A stretch of 64,000 nucleotides of DNA from positions 4,470 through 68,469 of the IMG/VR virus record IMGVR_UViG_3300027234_000002. The stretch is one strand, 5' to 3'. Source of the DNA: a virus (lineage: Duplodnaviria; Caudoviricetes). The notes under the pieces were generated by a model. The model made no database searches. It was not told the DNA's origin and saw only the letters and a program-made list of their open reading frames with translations. The position numbers and the translations under genes are program-made. Shown here one piece after another: positions 9,395 to 18,801 of the stretch; within the stretch, counting starts at the first letter, position 1; each line of letters starts with the position of its first letter.

Positions 9395-12300
9395 TGATTA
9401 AAAAAAGAAGTTTCGAATTTAGTGGAATGACAAAAGATATTGCTAAGAATAAAGATTCTAAGAGATATTATGATGCTCAAAACATTCGGATAATTGCGAC
9501 AGATCAAGAGAGCACTTTTGCACTGACCAATGAATTCGGAAATGAACTTGTTATTACCATTCCTACACCCGAGTTTGACTACGAGAATACTAAAATAATT
9601 TATAATGCAGGATCTGAATCAAAAACTTTGGAGTATTCAGCAACTGAAGCTACAGTTCCTAGATGTCAATTAGAAGAAGAATATGTTACAGTTAATGGTT
9701 CAACTTACACAAATAATACATCTGGTACTCAGAAGATAATTGGAGTGAAAGAACTTAGAGACTCAGCATTAATAATCACTACTGATGATAATGGTTGGGA
9801 TTGTATATGGGAATTGACTGGATTGAATGATGAAGACTTTGATCTGGAATTACTTTATATGAATAACCTTGGATTATCTTCTAATAACTTAATGGATATA
9901 TTATTTAATTATGAAAATTCTGTTATTCAAAAAGTATACTTAGTTGATGGAGCTCATCAAATTAGATACATCAATATAAGACAAAGTGTTGAGAATGGTG
10001 ATTCATTAAATTTAATAGACTTGCCACCTACTTCAATTGATGTAGTTGGTACATTTAAATTATCTCAAGTATCTATTGACAGCATATTCAGTGGAGGATC
10101 TCACACTACAGGAATGATTCAGTATGCATACAGCTTATACATATTAAATGGTGCTCAAACAGTTACATCTCCATTGTCTAAACTTACGCCAATTGATAAG
10201 GGTCAAGATTTAGGTGGTGGTGAACTGAATGAAAATCTTGGTAAATCTATTACTGTTAGTGTTCCAAACATAGACTCCAACTTTACACATATAAAACTTT
10301 ATTCAATAAAATACACATCATACAATGAAATTCCAGAGATTCAGTTGATTGCTGATCAAGAAATTGATTCCTCAGGAACTCTATCATTTACTGATACTGG
10401 ATCTGACGGAACTACATTATCATTAGAGGAGTTTGTATTTTTAGGCGCATCTCCAATAATTCCAAAGAATATATCTACAAAAGATAATACACTATTTGCA
10501 ATCAATGTAAAGGAACAATTATTTGAAGTGGACCTAGATACTAGAGCTTACTCTTATAGTGAGTTTGGATCAGCCGTTATAATGGAGAATGTGTCTTATG
10601 ATGAAAATGGAAACTTATCTTCAACTACACTTACTGTTCCTGCAGATTTTTCAGTTCCGGATAAGCATGATTCTATTAATAGAGATTATGACCTTTACAA
10701 ATATCAATCAGACTTTACTACTTTAGGTGCTAGTGGAAAATATGTTGAAGTTGAATTTCTTCAAACATCATTAACTGACGATGAGGCAGAGGACTTACAA
10801 TTCTTTAAAGACAATGAATTCTATAGGCTAGGAATCAAGTTCTTTAATAGAAGAGGTCAATATACTAATGCTGCTTGGATAATGGATCTGAGAGCACCTG
10901 AGGGAAACCTGAATGGGAATTATAATCAATTGAAAGTTACATTGACTGATGAGTTCACTACATGGCTAGAGGATGAAGACAATTTTGATACTGAAGATGA
11001 TAAGCCTATTGGGTACAGGATAATAAGAGCTGACAGACAGCTTTCTGATAGAACTATTCTTGCTCAAGGAATGATTAATCCAATGCTTGCTTCTTATTGG
11101 CACACTGATAAAACTGTTTCAATATCTGCTGTTAAGGAACTTGTTGATTCAACTGAGTCTAGAAAGATGCCTTCATTGACTAGAATGTTCTCAGGACTTA
11201 CTCCTGTAATAGGATGTAAAGATTATCATGATTTAGCATATACTAGTATTGATGATGATGCAGAATCTGACATGGAATGGAATTACTATTCTGAAGGATT
11301 TAAAGCTGCTTCATCTAGAGATTGGAGAGCACAGAATTTCCAACACAATAGACTAATGCAAATGTTTAGTCCAGAGATATCATTCCTGAATGTACAAATA
11401 GACTCTGGATACAAATTAAATATTAGAGGTCTTTATGAGTATGATGAAATTTCAAACTGGGCAGCAGAAGCTAATCCAGTTACAGAAATTAATACAGCTG
11501 AGACTAAGTTTATCAATGGATTCAATCAAGGTACTGATGGTGTTGAGCCTTTAGTTATTGAGGGTCAGGCATCTTGGATAAGTGATGTTGGATTCTTTGG
11601 ACCTACCAATGGCACAGACTCTATGGCTATTCACCAAATATATCAATCATTTCAAGGAGACTTTCACGAGGCTACAGGAACTACAGAATTTGACTTATTT
11701 GGAACTCCTGAGGTAACTGAAGCTGGTGCAGATTATACAAATTACAATAATGATGGTGATTTAAAATACTGCAACAATCTTAAGACCATGCTCATGGATG
11801 GTTTTGAAGAGTCAGGCAGAGTTAATAGTAATGCAGCTGTTCAGATTAAAGGATGTAATACTAATGGAGCTAGATGTATAACTTTTGCAGAAGGTCCAGA
11901 TGATCCTGACTACAGTGCAGCATACAGAAAAAGTATTGAAACTTTACACAGCTTATCAGGAGTATCTGAAGAGAATGGTGTATTAGTTGCTGAGTTCAAG
12001 AGAGAAGATTATGTATTCTATTCAGGAGGAATCTATGGAGGCAACACATATGAAGCTAAGTCTAATTCTACTTATATTGATATAGGTGAGTACACAGAGA
12101 TATATACTACTGAAGTCACTATAGAATCTCCAGGTGATACATTTGTATCTGTTTTTACTTTCACAAAAATGGCTACAGATGATGAGCACATCTCAACAAC
12201 TGATTACAATTTAGTCACTGAGATAGTAAGCATCAAGACTGAGACTACTATAGACTTAAAAAATAGAAGTGATTTATCTATATCTGAATGGGATAATAGC

Positions 12301-13458
12301 TGGAAGCCTTCTTATGATGACTATCAAGATTACAATACAGTTTATTCTCAACAACCTACACTTGTAAAGAGTGGTTCTGAAAGCTATAAGCTTAAGAAGG
12401 TTCAAGAGTTTGACACAAGAATATTAGCTACAGGCGTTAAAACCCCAGGTGAATTCGTAGATTCATGGACAGATTTTTTAGAGAATGAAGAAATGGATCT
12501 TGATGGAAAGTATGGACCTGTAAATGCTGTGATAAACTACAGAGATAATATCTATGCAATACAAGATAATGCCGTAGCATTGATTCAGATTAACCCTAGA
12601 GTGCAAGTTAGCGCATCAGATGGATTAGCTGTAGAGATGGGGACTGGTGATTTACTTTATCAGTACAGCTACTTGACTACAACTAGCGGTTCATTGAATA
12701 GAAATGGTGTTATTTCAACTCCAATGGGATTCTATTTTGTGGACATCTTGAACAGTACAATACTATTTTCTAATGGCCAGGGTGTTGTAAATCTTTCTGA
12801 CAAAGAAGGATTCCATTCTGAACTTATAAATAGAATGAATTATTCTGAACTAAAAGAGGACAATCCAGTTACTGGATACGGAGTAAGCCTCGCCTACAAT
12901 GCAAGCACTGGAGATGTATTTTTCTCCTTCACCCAATCAGATGACAGTTTTACTTTATGTTACAATGAAAAAGTTGGAGCATTTGTAAGTTATTATGACT
13001 ATATTCCTGCATGGTATATTAACAAAGGTACTGCAATGCTATCTACAAATTCAGACAACACTCAATTGTGGCAGCACTTTAAAGGTAATAAGAATAGCTT
13101 TTATGGTGAAACATTTAGAAGCTCTATTACACTTCACTTAGTTGCTCAAAATAAAGAGTTAGTAATGAATGGTGCAAGTTATAGACTTGAGATGGAGGAT
13201 TCTGATGGCAACATACTTAATAATGAGGGACTTACTGCAGTTAAGGTGTGGAATAAGTATCAAGAGTCTGATGAAGCTGACTTAGTTATTAGAAAGAATG
13301 CATTCAGAAGAATAAGAGATTGGAATATTAAATTCCCTAGAGTAAGTGGATCTAGAGAAAGGGTAAGAGGTTCTTGGGGGTATGCAGAATTTATATTTGA
13401 CAATGATGATGGTAAGAAATTAATCTTACATGACATCACAATATTCTATACTGAGTAA
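9394..13458 (+). CDS. Tail stabilization / muzzle protein
   Basis: 1354 aa; F.GM.KD....YYDAQNIRI N-terminus, W.DF......DLDG.YG and YNE....F.S.YDY.P motifs, C-terminal R.R..W. Confidence 0.8.
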   Translation: MIKKRSFEFSGMTKDIAKNKDSKRYYDAQNIRIIATDQESTFALTNEFGNELVITIPTPEFDYENTKIIYNAGSESKTLEYSATEATVPRCQLEEEYVTVNGSTYTNNTSGTQKIIGVKELRDSALIITTDDNGWDCIWELTGLNDEDFDLELLYMNNLGLSSNNLMDILFNYENSVIQKVYLVDGAHQIRYINIRQSVENGDSLNLIDLPPTSIDVVGTFKLSQVSIDSIFSGGSHTTGMIQYAYSLYILNGAQTVTSPLSKLTPIDKGQDLGGGELNENLGKSITVSVPNIDSNFTHIKLYSIKYTSYNEIPEIQLIADQEIDSSGTLSFTDTGSDGTTLSLEEFVFLGASPIIPKNISTKDNTLFAINVKEQLFEVDLDTRAYSYSEFGSAVIMENVSYDENGNLSSTTLTVPADFSVPDKHDSINRDYDLYKYQSDFTTLGASGKYVEVEFLQTSLTDDEAEDLQFFKDNEFYRLGIKFFNRRGQYTNAAWIMDLRAPEGNLNGNYNQLKVTLTDEFTTWLEDEDNFDTEDDKPIGYRIIRADRQLSDRTILAQGMINPMLASYWHTDKTVSISAVKELVDSTESRKMPSLTRMFSGLTPVIGCKDYHDLAYTSIDDDAESDMEWNYYSEGFKAASSRDWRAQNFQHNRLMQMFSPEISFLNVQIDSGYKLNIRGLYEYDEISNWAAEANPVTEINTAETKFINGFNQGTDGVEPLVIEGQASWISDVGFFGPTNGTDSMAIHQIYQSFQGDFHEATGTTEFDLFGTPEVTEAGADYTNYNNDGDLKYCNNLKTMLMDGFEESGRVNSNAAVQIKGCNTNGARCITFAEGPDDPDYSAAYRKSIETLHSLSGVSEENGVLVAEFKREDYVFYSGGIYGGNTYEAKSNSTYIDIGEYTEIYTTEVTIESPGDTFVSVFTFTKMATDDEHISTTDYNLVTEIVSIKTETTIDLKNRSDLSISEWDNSWKPSYDDYQDYNTVYSQQPTLVKSGSESYKLKKVQEFDTRILATGVKTPGEFVDSWTDFLENEEMDLDGKYGPVNAVINYRDNIYAIQDNAVALIQINPRVQVSASDGLAVEMGTGDLLYQYSYLTTTSGSLNRNGVISTPMGFYFVDILNSTILFSNGQGVVNLSDKEGFHSELINRMNYSELKEDNPVTGYGVSLAYNASTGDVFFSFTQSDDSFTLCYNEKVGAFVSYYDYIPAWYINKGTAMLSTNSDNTQLWQHFKGNKNSFYGETFRSSITLHLVAQNKELVMNGASYRLEMEDSDGNILNNEGLTAVKVWNKYQESDEADLVIRKNAFRRIRDWNIKFPRVSGSRERVRGSWGYAEFIFDNDDGKKLILHDITIFYTE

Positions 13459-13480
13459 CAAAATCTTGTTATACCAAATA

Positions 13481-13511
13481 TTGACAAGAAATGTTAATTA
13501 ACTTATATTTG
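13481..13511 (+). promoter_or_regulatory. Bacteroidota sigma-A-type promoter upstream of the cargo/RNAP genes
   Basis: TTGACA at 13481, 20-nt spacer after TTG, TATATTTG at 13504-13511; same geometry as the 6338 site. Confidence 0.65.
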
Positions 13512-13516
13512 CAATT

Positions 13517-15316
13517 ATGTCAAAGGATCCTAAGCCTAATAAAAATAATGATAAAAAGAAGTTTAACTCTGAAGCTTTCAAGTATGCTATAGGCATGCTT
13601 GAATCTTCTGGAGGAAAACACTTGACTAACCCAAACTCATCTGCTTCTGGGAAGTATCATTTCCTATGGAGATATATTAAGAATGACCCATTACTAAAGG
13701 GCAAATCTCAAAGAGAATTTATAGCTAATCCTGAACTTCAGGAGAAGGTAATGGACAATGCCATTAATGGAAAGCTTGCAGGATTCCCTAATTATTCAAC
13801 TTATTCAAGAGCACTTAAAGCTAGATACAATAGTGACTTGCCTCAAGAATCTATAGCAGCACTTACACATTTCTTAGGAAAGAGTGGCGTTGATTCTTAT
13901 TTAAAAAATAAAGGATATAATGTTCCAGGTAAAACTAATTTAACAGCAGAAGATTATGCAAAGAAGTTTAGTGGGTATATGGAAGACTATTCGAAACAGA
14001 ACACTAATCCTAGTAATATACCTAGCGATGAGTATGTGGGCGTTAGGGGTGATAGTCCTGAGTTTATTCGAAATCTTGCTTTCGAAGCCTCAAAAAAACA
14101 AGTAGATAATACTAGAGTTAATGGTAACTTCAATTCTCCTCAAGGACTGGTTACTCCAAACAATATGCCTAATGATCAATCAGATCCTAGAGCTGGCTTT
14201 AGTCCACCTCAAGGTTTGCAGACTCCTAATAATTTTAAGTATGGTGGTAAGTCAGATGATGACATGTATGTTAATGGCGGTGAATTAGATAGGTTTGAAA
14301 ATGGTGGTACCCATGAAGAGAATCCATTAGGTGGAATACCTCAGGGAATAGGAGCAAATGGTAAGCCCAACTTAGTAGAGGAAGGTGAGACAAAATGGAA
14401 TGACTATATCTTTTCTAATTCCATTGGTCTTGACGGTACTTTTACTAGAAGTGACGGTAAGTCTATGAATGTGTTTAAAGAAGGTGGTAAATTAACAGGC
14501 CCTGGAGAGGGGAAAGAATATGAAGCTACAGAGGCACCTTCAATAGGTCCTAAAGCTGAAGAGATCCCAACAGACAATTCACTTGATGTAACAAAATATG
14601 GACACTTGTCCAAAGCTAAACATGTTCCTAGAGAGACAATGCATGTTCCTGATGTAAGACAAGGTTATATTCAGAATGTATTCGGATTAGAGAACCCTGA
14701 GCAAGTAGACTTTATTTCTGCAGTTAGAGATGCTCCTGCTGAGGCATTCTTGGCTAGATACAATGATCCTATTACTAGACAGAGGATGATGGAGCAAGGT
14801 AATGTTACGCCTGAGCAGATTGACAACATGATATTAAAAGGTCTGACTACTGCTAAAGAAGTTGGTGGTAACACTAGAGGATCTAAAGCATCTTATGTGA
14901 ATGATGTAATTCGTATGGGTGAGGGCTTTAAAGATAATGTTCCTGTTGAGACTCATGAAAGAGTTCATGCCTCAGGTATAGATGCTGTGATGAGTGATAA
15001 GCTTACTAGTATTTTAGGTAATGCATTCCATCAGAAAGATAAAACTTTCTTGAAGAAGAATTCTCCCGGGACACTTGAGTATTTAAATAGACCTCACGAG
15101 GCATATGGAAATTTTGCTGAGTTCAGGGGTTCACTAGGGTTGAAGCCTGGTGAGCAAATTGATATTGACAAATTAAGAAAGCTTGTTAAAGAAAAGGGTC
15201 TTGGAATGGATAACTTCTACAGAGCCTATGACAATGACAAAATAATTGAAGCTCTAAACACTGTAGCTTACCAAGAAGATAATAAAAACAATTTTGATAA
15301 TTACAGGTTATCATAA
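13517..15316 (+). CDS. Injected cargo protein: lysozyme/transglycosylase-like N-domain, crAss GGTHEENP motif, HExxH C-domain
   Basis: LESSGG...SASGKY(H)F; FENGGTHEENPLGGIPQG..LVEEGE; THERVH plus downstream HEAY. Confidence 0.65.
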   Translation: MSKDPKPNKNNDKKKFNSEAFKYAIGMLESSGGKHLTNPNSSASGKYHFLWRYIKNDPLLKGKSQREFIANPELQEKVMDNAINGKLAGFPNYSTYSRALKARYNSDLPQESIAALTHFLGKSGVDSYLKNKGYNVPGKTNLTAEDYAKKFSGYMEDYSKQNTNPSNIPSDEYVGVRGDSPEFIRNLAFEASKKQVDNTRVNGNFNSPQGLVTPNNMPNDQSDPRAGFSPPQGLQTPNNFKYGGKSDDDMYVNGGELDRFENGGTHEENPLGGIPQGIGANGKPNLVEEGETKWNDYIFSNSIGLDGTFTRSDGKSMNVFKEGGKLTGPGEGKEYEATEAPSIGPKAEEIPTDNSLDVTKYGHLSKAKHVPRETMHVPDVRQGYIQNVFGLENPEQVDFISAVRDAPAEAFLARYNDPITRQRMMEQGNVTPEQIDNMILKGLTTAKEVGGNTRGSKASYVNDVIRMGEGFKDNVPVETHERVHASGIDAVMSDKLTSILGNAFHQKDKTFLKKNSPGTLEYLNRPHEAYGNFAEFRGSLGLKPGEQIDIDKLRKLVKEKGLGMDNFYRAYDNDKIIEALNTVAYQEDNKNNFDNYRLS

Positions 15317-15327
15317 AAAAGAATAAT

Positions 15328-16848
15328 ATGGATATAATGTCACAATTTAACTTGCCTAAGTATTTAAAAGGTAAGACATTCGCAGAAGCAAGTAAGATAC
15401 TTGATGATAAATTCAAGGACAGAACTGATGCTGAATCAGTTGCTACAATGAATGAAATGCAAGGTAGACTAAAGCAAGCTCAAGAGTTTGTTAAAGCTAA
15501 GCAGGAAGAATTGTCTAAGCCTAAAGTGGATGCTAATTCAACTGGTGACAACAAGATGTTTATGGGGGGTGCACTATCTGCTGAAGGTGGTTTATTTGGT
15601 AGTTCAGCAACTGAAGGTTTTCTTGGTGGTGCTAAAGGAGCTGAAGGAGCTGCAGAAGGTCCTGGAGTAGGAGCTATAATGGGTGCTGCAACTGGAGCAT
15701 TAAACTTGGCAAAAATGGTAGGAAACAATAAGGTTGACACATCCGGAAGGACTTCAGTAGAATATACTGATAGAGCTGGCAATGCTGCACAAGGAGCTAT
15801 GTCAGGTGCCAAAGTTGGTGGAGCTATTGTTCCTGGGCTTGGACATGCAATTGGTGCTATTGGTGGTGGACTAATAGGTGGATTCTCAGGCCCAAGTGAT
15901 AAAGATGTATCTAAAGCTAAGGCTAACAATCTATACGCTTCAATGAAGGATACAGGAATGGAAGGAAGTAATGTGGCTAAGTTTGGATTAGATTTAAAGA
16001 ACTATTTGGATCAACTTCCTTCAAAAGATGTAGACTTTATGGCCATGAATGATGCTGATATGATGGATCAGAATTTTGGAAAACCTTTTGCTAATCCAGT
16101 AGCTAAAGCAATGGATTTATCAGGAATGACTGCAGGGGTTAATCCTCTAGGAGAGAGAAGTCCTGCTAGTGCAATGGATATGTCTGGAATAGATGCTGCA
16201 GGAACATACAATCCTCTTGATGAGCACCAACAATTAGGTGCAGGATCATTTGGATCAAATGCACCAACTCCATCTTTTAAAGATAAAGCTAGATTTGGAG
16301 CAAGCAAAATATTAAGTCCTGAAAACTTAAGGTATGCACCTGCTGCAATGAATATATCTCAACTTTCAAATTTAGAGCAACCTAAAGATATTGCATTCGG
16401 AAGAAGCAATAGAAAGTATGAGCAACAATTAGTTGATGAGCAAGGATTACAAAATACAGTTAGACAGGCAACTGCCTCTAACAGAGATGCATTATTATCT
16501 AGTGCAGGAGGTTCAAGTTCTAAGGCAAGAGCTGCTTTACTAGGATCTCAACTTCAAGGAACTAAAGCTCTATCTCAAGCATATCAGCAAGCTGGTGCAG
16601 AGAATAGAGGAGAAGCTAGATCTGCTCAAGCATTTGATCAAGCTACAGAAAAGTTCAATATTGGTCAGGCTGATAAAGCTAAATTGACTAACTTGCAAAG
16701 AGATGCTGCATATCAAACTAACAAAAGTAAATTACTATCTCAGATAGGTCAAGATTTAGGAGGCATTGGTCAGGAAGAATTATTCAAGAAGTATCCTGAA
16801 TTGGCTGGACTAGGTTATGACAGTAAAGGTAGAAAAATAAAAAAATAA
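15328..16848 (+). CDS. Injected cargo protein with Gly/Ala-rich putative membrane-inserting segments
   Basis: GAKVGGAIVPGLGHAIGAIGGGLIGG; Gln/Ala-rich helical C-terminus; synteny. Confidence 0.6.
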   Translation: MDIMSQFNLPKYLKGKTFAEASKILDDKFKDRTDAESVATMNEMQGRLKQAQEFVKAKQEELSKPKVDANSTGDNKMFMGGALSAEGGLFGSSATEGFLGGAKGAEGAAEGPGVGAIMGAATGALNLAKMVGNNKVDTSGRTSVEYTDRAGNAAQGAMSGAKVGGAIVPGLGHAIGAIGGGLIGGFSGPSDKDVSKAKANNLYASMKDTGMEGSNVAKFGLDLKNYLDQLPSKDVDFMAMNDADMMDQNFGKPFANPVAKAMDLSGMTAGVNPLGERSPASAMDMSGIDAAGTYNPLDEHQQLGAGSFGSNAPTPSFKDKARFGASKILSPENLRYAPAAMNISQLSNLEQPKDIAFGRSNRKYEQQLVDEQGLQNTVRQATASNRDALLSSAGGSSSKARAALLGSQLQGTKALSQAYQQAGAENRGEARSAQAFDQATEKFNIGQADKAKLTNLQRDAAYQTNKSKLLSQIGQDLGGIGQEELFKKYPELAGLGYDSKGRKIKK

Positions 16849-16853
16849 GAATC

Positions 16854-18797
16854 ATGGCAGGAATTACACCAGACATTAGTACATCAAGTTTTAAACCATT
16901 ATCTTTAGATGAGATAATGATGGTTCCTCTGGCTAAACAAAAGCAAGAGGATGAAGCTATATTAGCACTTGACGAATTGGATGCCATGCAATCAAATGCA
17001 TTGGCTCAAGATCAAGATTATGTTAGTGGGCAGATATCTGCATTCAGAAAAGAATCTGATGACATCTCTACAAGGATACTTGACCAGGGTGTTGACAGGA
17101 GTTTAGTTAATAAAGTTCGTGGATTAAGAAGAAGAAAAAATGAAGAGTTTTCTATATCAGGTAAAACTGGTCAAGCTGCTGCTGCATTTAATCAGTATCA
17201 AGCAAACAAAGATGCTATTCTTAAAAGAAAAGATTTAACTGAGGAGCAGAAAAGATTGGGAGTTGCTAAAGCACTTGAGGGCTATCAAGGTGTTGAAAAT
17301 GCAGGAGTCTATGAAGATTATATTGGAGCGTCATTTATTGATGTAATGAAAAAAGGCAGATCAATTGCTGCTGAAATGAAACCTGAAGAAAGAGCTGCTG
17401 CATTAGGAATTTACTATGACCCGCAAACAAAGACATATAGAGATGGGACTAAATCTTATAAGAAATTAACTCCTAATCATATTAAGCAAGTTGTATATGG
17501 TGCACTTCAAGGTGACCAAGCTGTTCAGAATTATTTGAAAGATATAGAAGGTCTTGGAGCAGGTAATGCTGAAGAGATGATGAGAGAAGCTGCAATTAGT
17601 GCAGGGGATGTATATCAATTTTCTTCAATTAAGGATCAGACTAGAGTTGTTGCAAATCCTAATGGTGCTGATAAAGTTCTTGAAGGTGATGGTGCTTTAG
17701 ATTTGTATTCTAACTGGAACAGTTCGCTTATTAGCAATGTAGCTGATGCATATAATGGGACTCTTGGAGTTACTGCTGAAGGCTTAGGTAAGTTACAGTT
17801 TAAAGATGGTAAACTTTATATTCCAGAATTTGTAGGCCCTACATCTGGGCGTGCATATTATTCTGCATCAGGAAATATTGGAAAGTCTCAAAAGAAGTCA
17901 AGACAACTTAGAGATTGGGAAGATAAAAATGAACTTACAACAAGAATGACTGAAGCTATAGCTCAATTAAGAAAAGATGATCCTCAAGGATTCATGGGTA
18001 AGGATGATGAATATGTATTAAATTCATATGTAGAAGGAGCTAAAAAAGCTGCTGCATCTTATGCTACAATAGTTAGACCTAGGAATAATGAGAACTCATT
18101 TTATGAGCACTATACTGACAAGATATTAGGAACTAAAGGAAGAGTTGGTGATATAACTAGTGGTTCTAGATCTCTTAAAATTATGGGTACTGCTGGATTA
18201 AAAACTCCAACTCAGGCTGCAGGAGATTTAGGTTTTAATAACATTAAAGAATTCAACTCGGCATTAATGAATGGAGTTAATGACCAAGGTAAAGCTGTTG
18301 TTGAAGGTATGGTGAATGATCCAGATATTCCAATGGGAATTGTGGTTCACATGAAAGATGGTGAAGGTATTAGTCACAGGATTGTGGTTAGTCCTGAGAG
18401 AGAAGTTTCAGATAGGCTTGGCCAAGCATCAACAATGATGAAAAATCTAGCTGCAGGAATTGGATTTCAAGCTAAGAAAACTGTAGGATACAATAGAACT
18501 ACTAAAAAATCTGAGACTCACAATGAATACTATATCAATAAAGCTCAAAATATTGAAGGGCTTAACAATAGCCAAGGCTATGTAGATTATACTCCTTTGA
18601 TTATTAGAAGTAGAACAGATCTTACTGAAGATGAAGCAAGAAGAGTTGAATGGGATTCAAGCACAGGTAGAGCTACATTAGATGGTAAATATTTACCTAA
18701 CACATTAGTCATGACTTATGATGAGCAGATTGATGACAGTATGAATAAAATAGCTAGAAAGTGGGCTACTACAAAACAAGGAAAAAATAAAGAATAA
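16854..18797 (+). CDS. Injected cargo protein (RNAP-associated block)
   Basis: S.FKPLS.DEIM.VP N-terminus recalled from crAss cargo proteins; position before the large cargo genes. Confidence 0.55.
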   Translation: MAGITPDISTSSFKPLSLDEIMMVPLAKQKQEDEAILALDELDAMQSNALAQDQDYVSGQISAFRKESDDISTRILDQGVDRSLVNKVRGLRRRKNEEFSISGKTGQAAAAFNQYQANKDAILKRKDLTEEQKRLGVAKALEGYQGVENAGVYEDYIGASFIDVMKKGRSIAAEMKPEERAAALGIYYDPQTKTYRDGTKSYKKLTPNHIKQVVYGALQGDQAVQNYLKDIEGLGAGNAEEMMREAAISAGDVYQFSSIKDQTRVVANPNGADKVLEGDGALDLYSNWNSSLISNVADAYNGTLGVTAEGLGKLQFKDGKLYIPEFVGPTSGRAYYSASGNIGKSQKKSRQLRDWEDKNELTTRMTEAIAQLRKDDPQGFMGKDDEYVLNSYVEGAKKAAASYATIVRPRNNENSFYEHYTDKILGTKGRVGDITSGSRSLKIMGTAGLKTPTQAAGDLGFNNIKEFNSALMNGVNDQGKAVVEGMVNDPDIPMGIVVHMKDGEGISHRIVVSPEREVSDRLGQASTMMKNLAAGIGFQAKKTVGYNRTTKKSETHNEYYINKAQNIEGLNNSQGYVDYTPLIIRSRTDLTEDEARRVEWDSSTGRATLDGKYLPNTLVMTYDEQIDDSMNKIARKWATTKQGKNKE

Positions 18798-18801
18798 TAA
18801 T

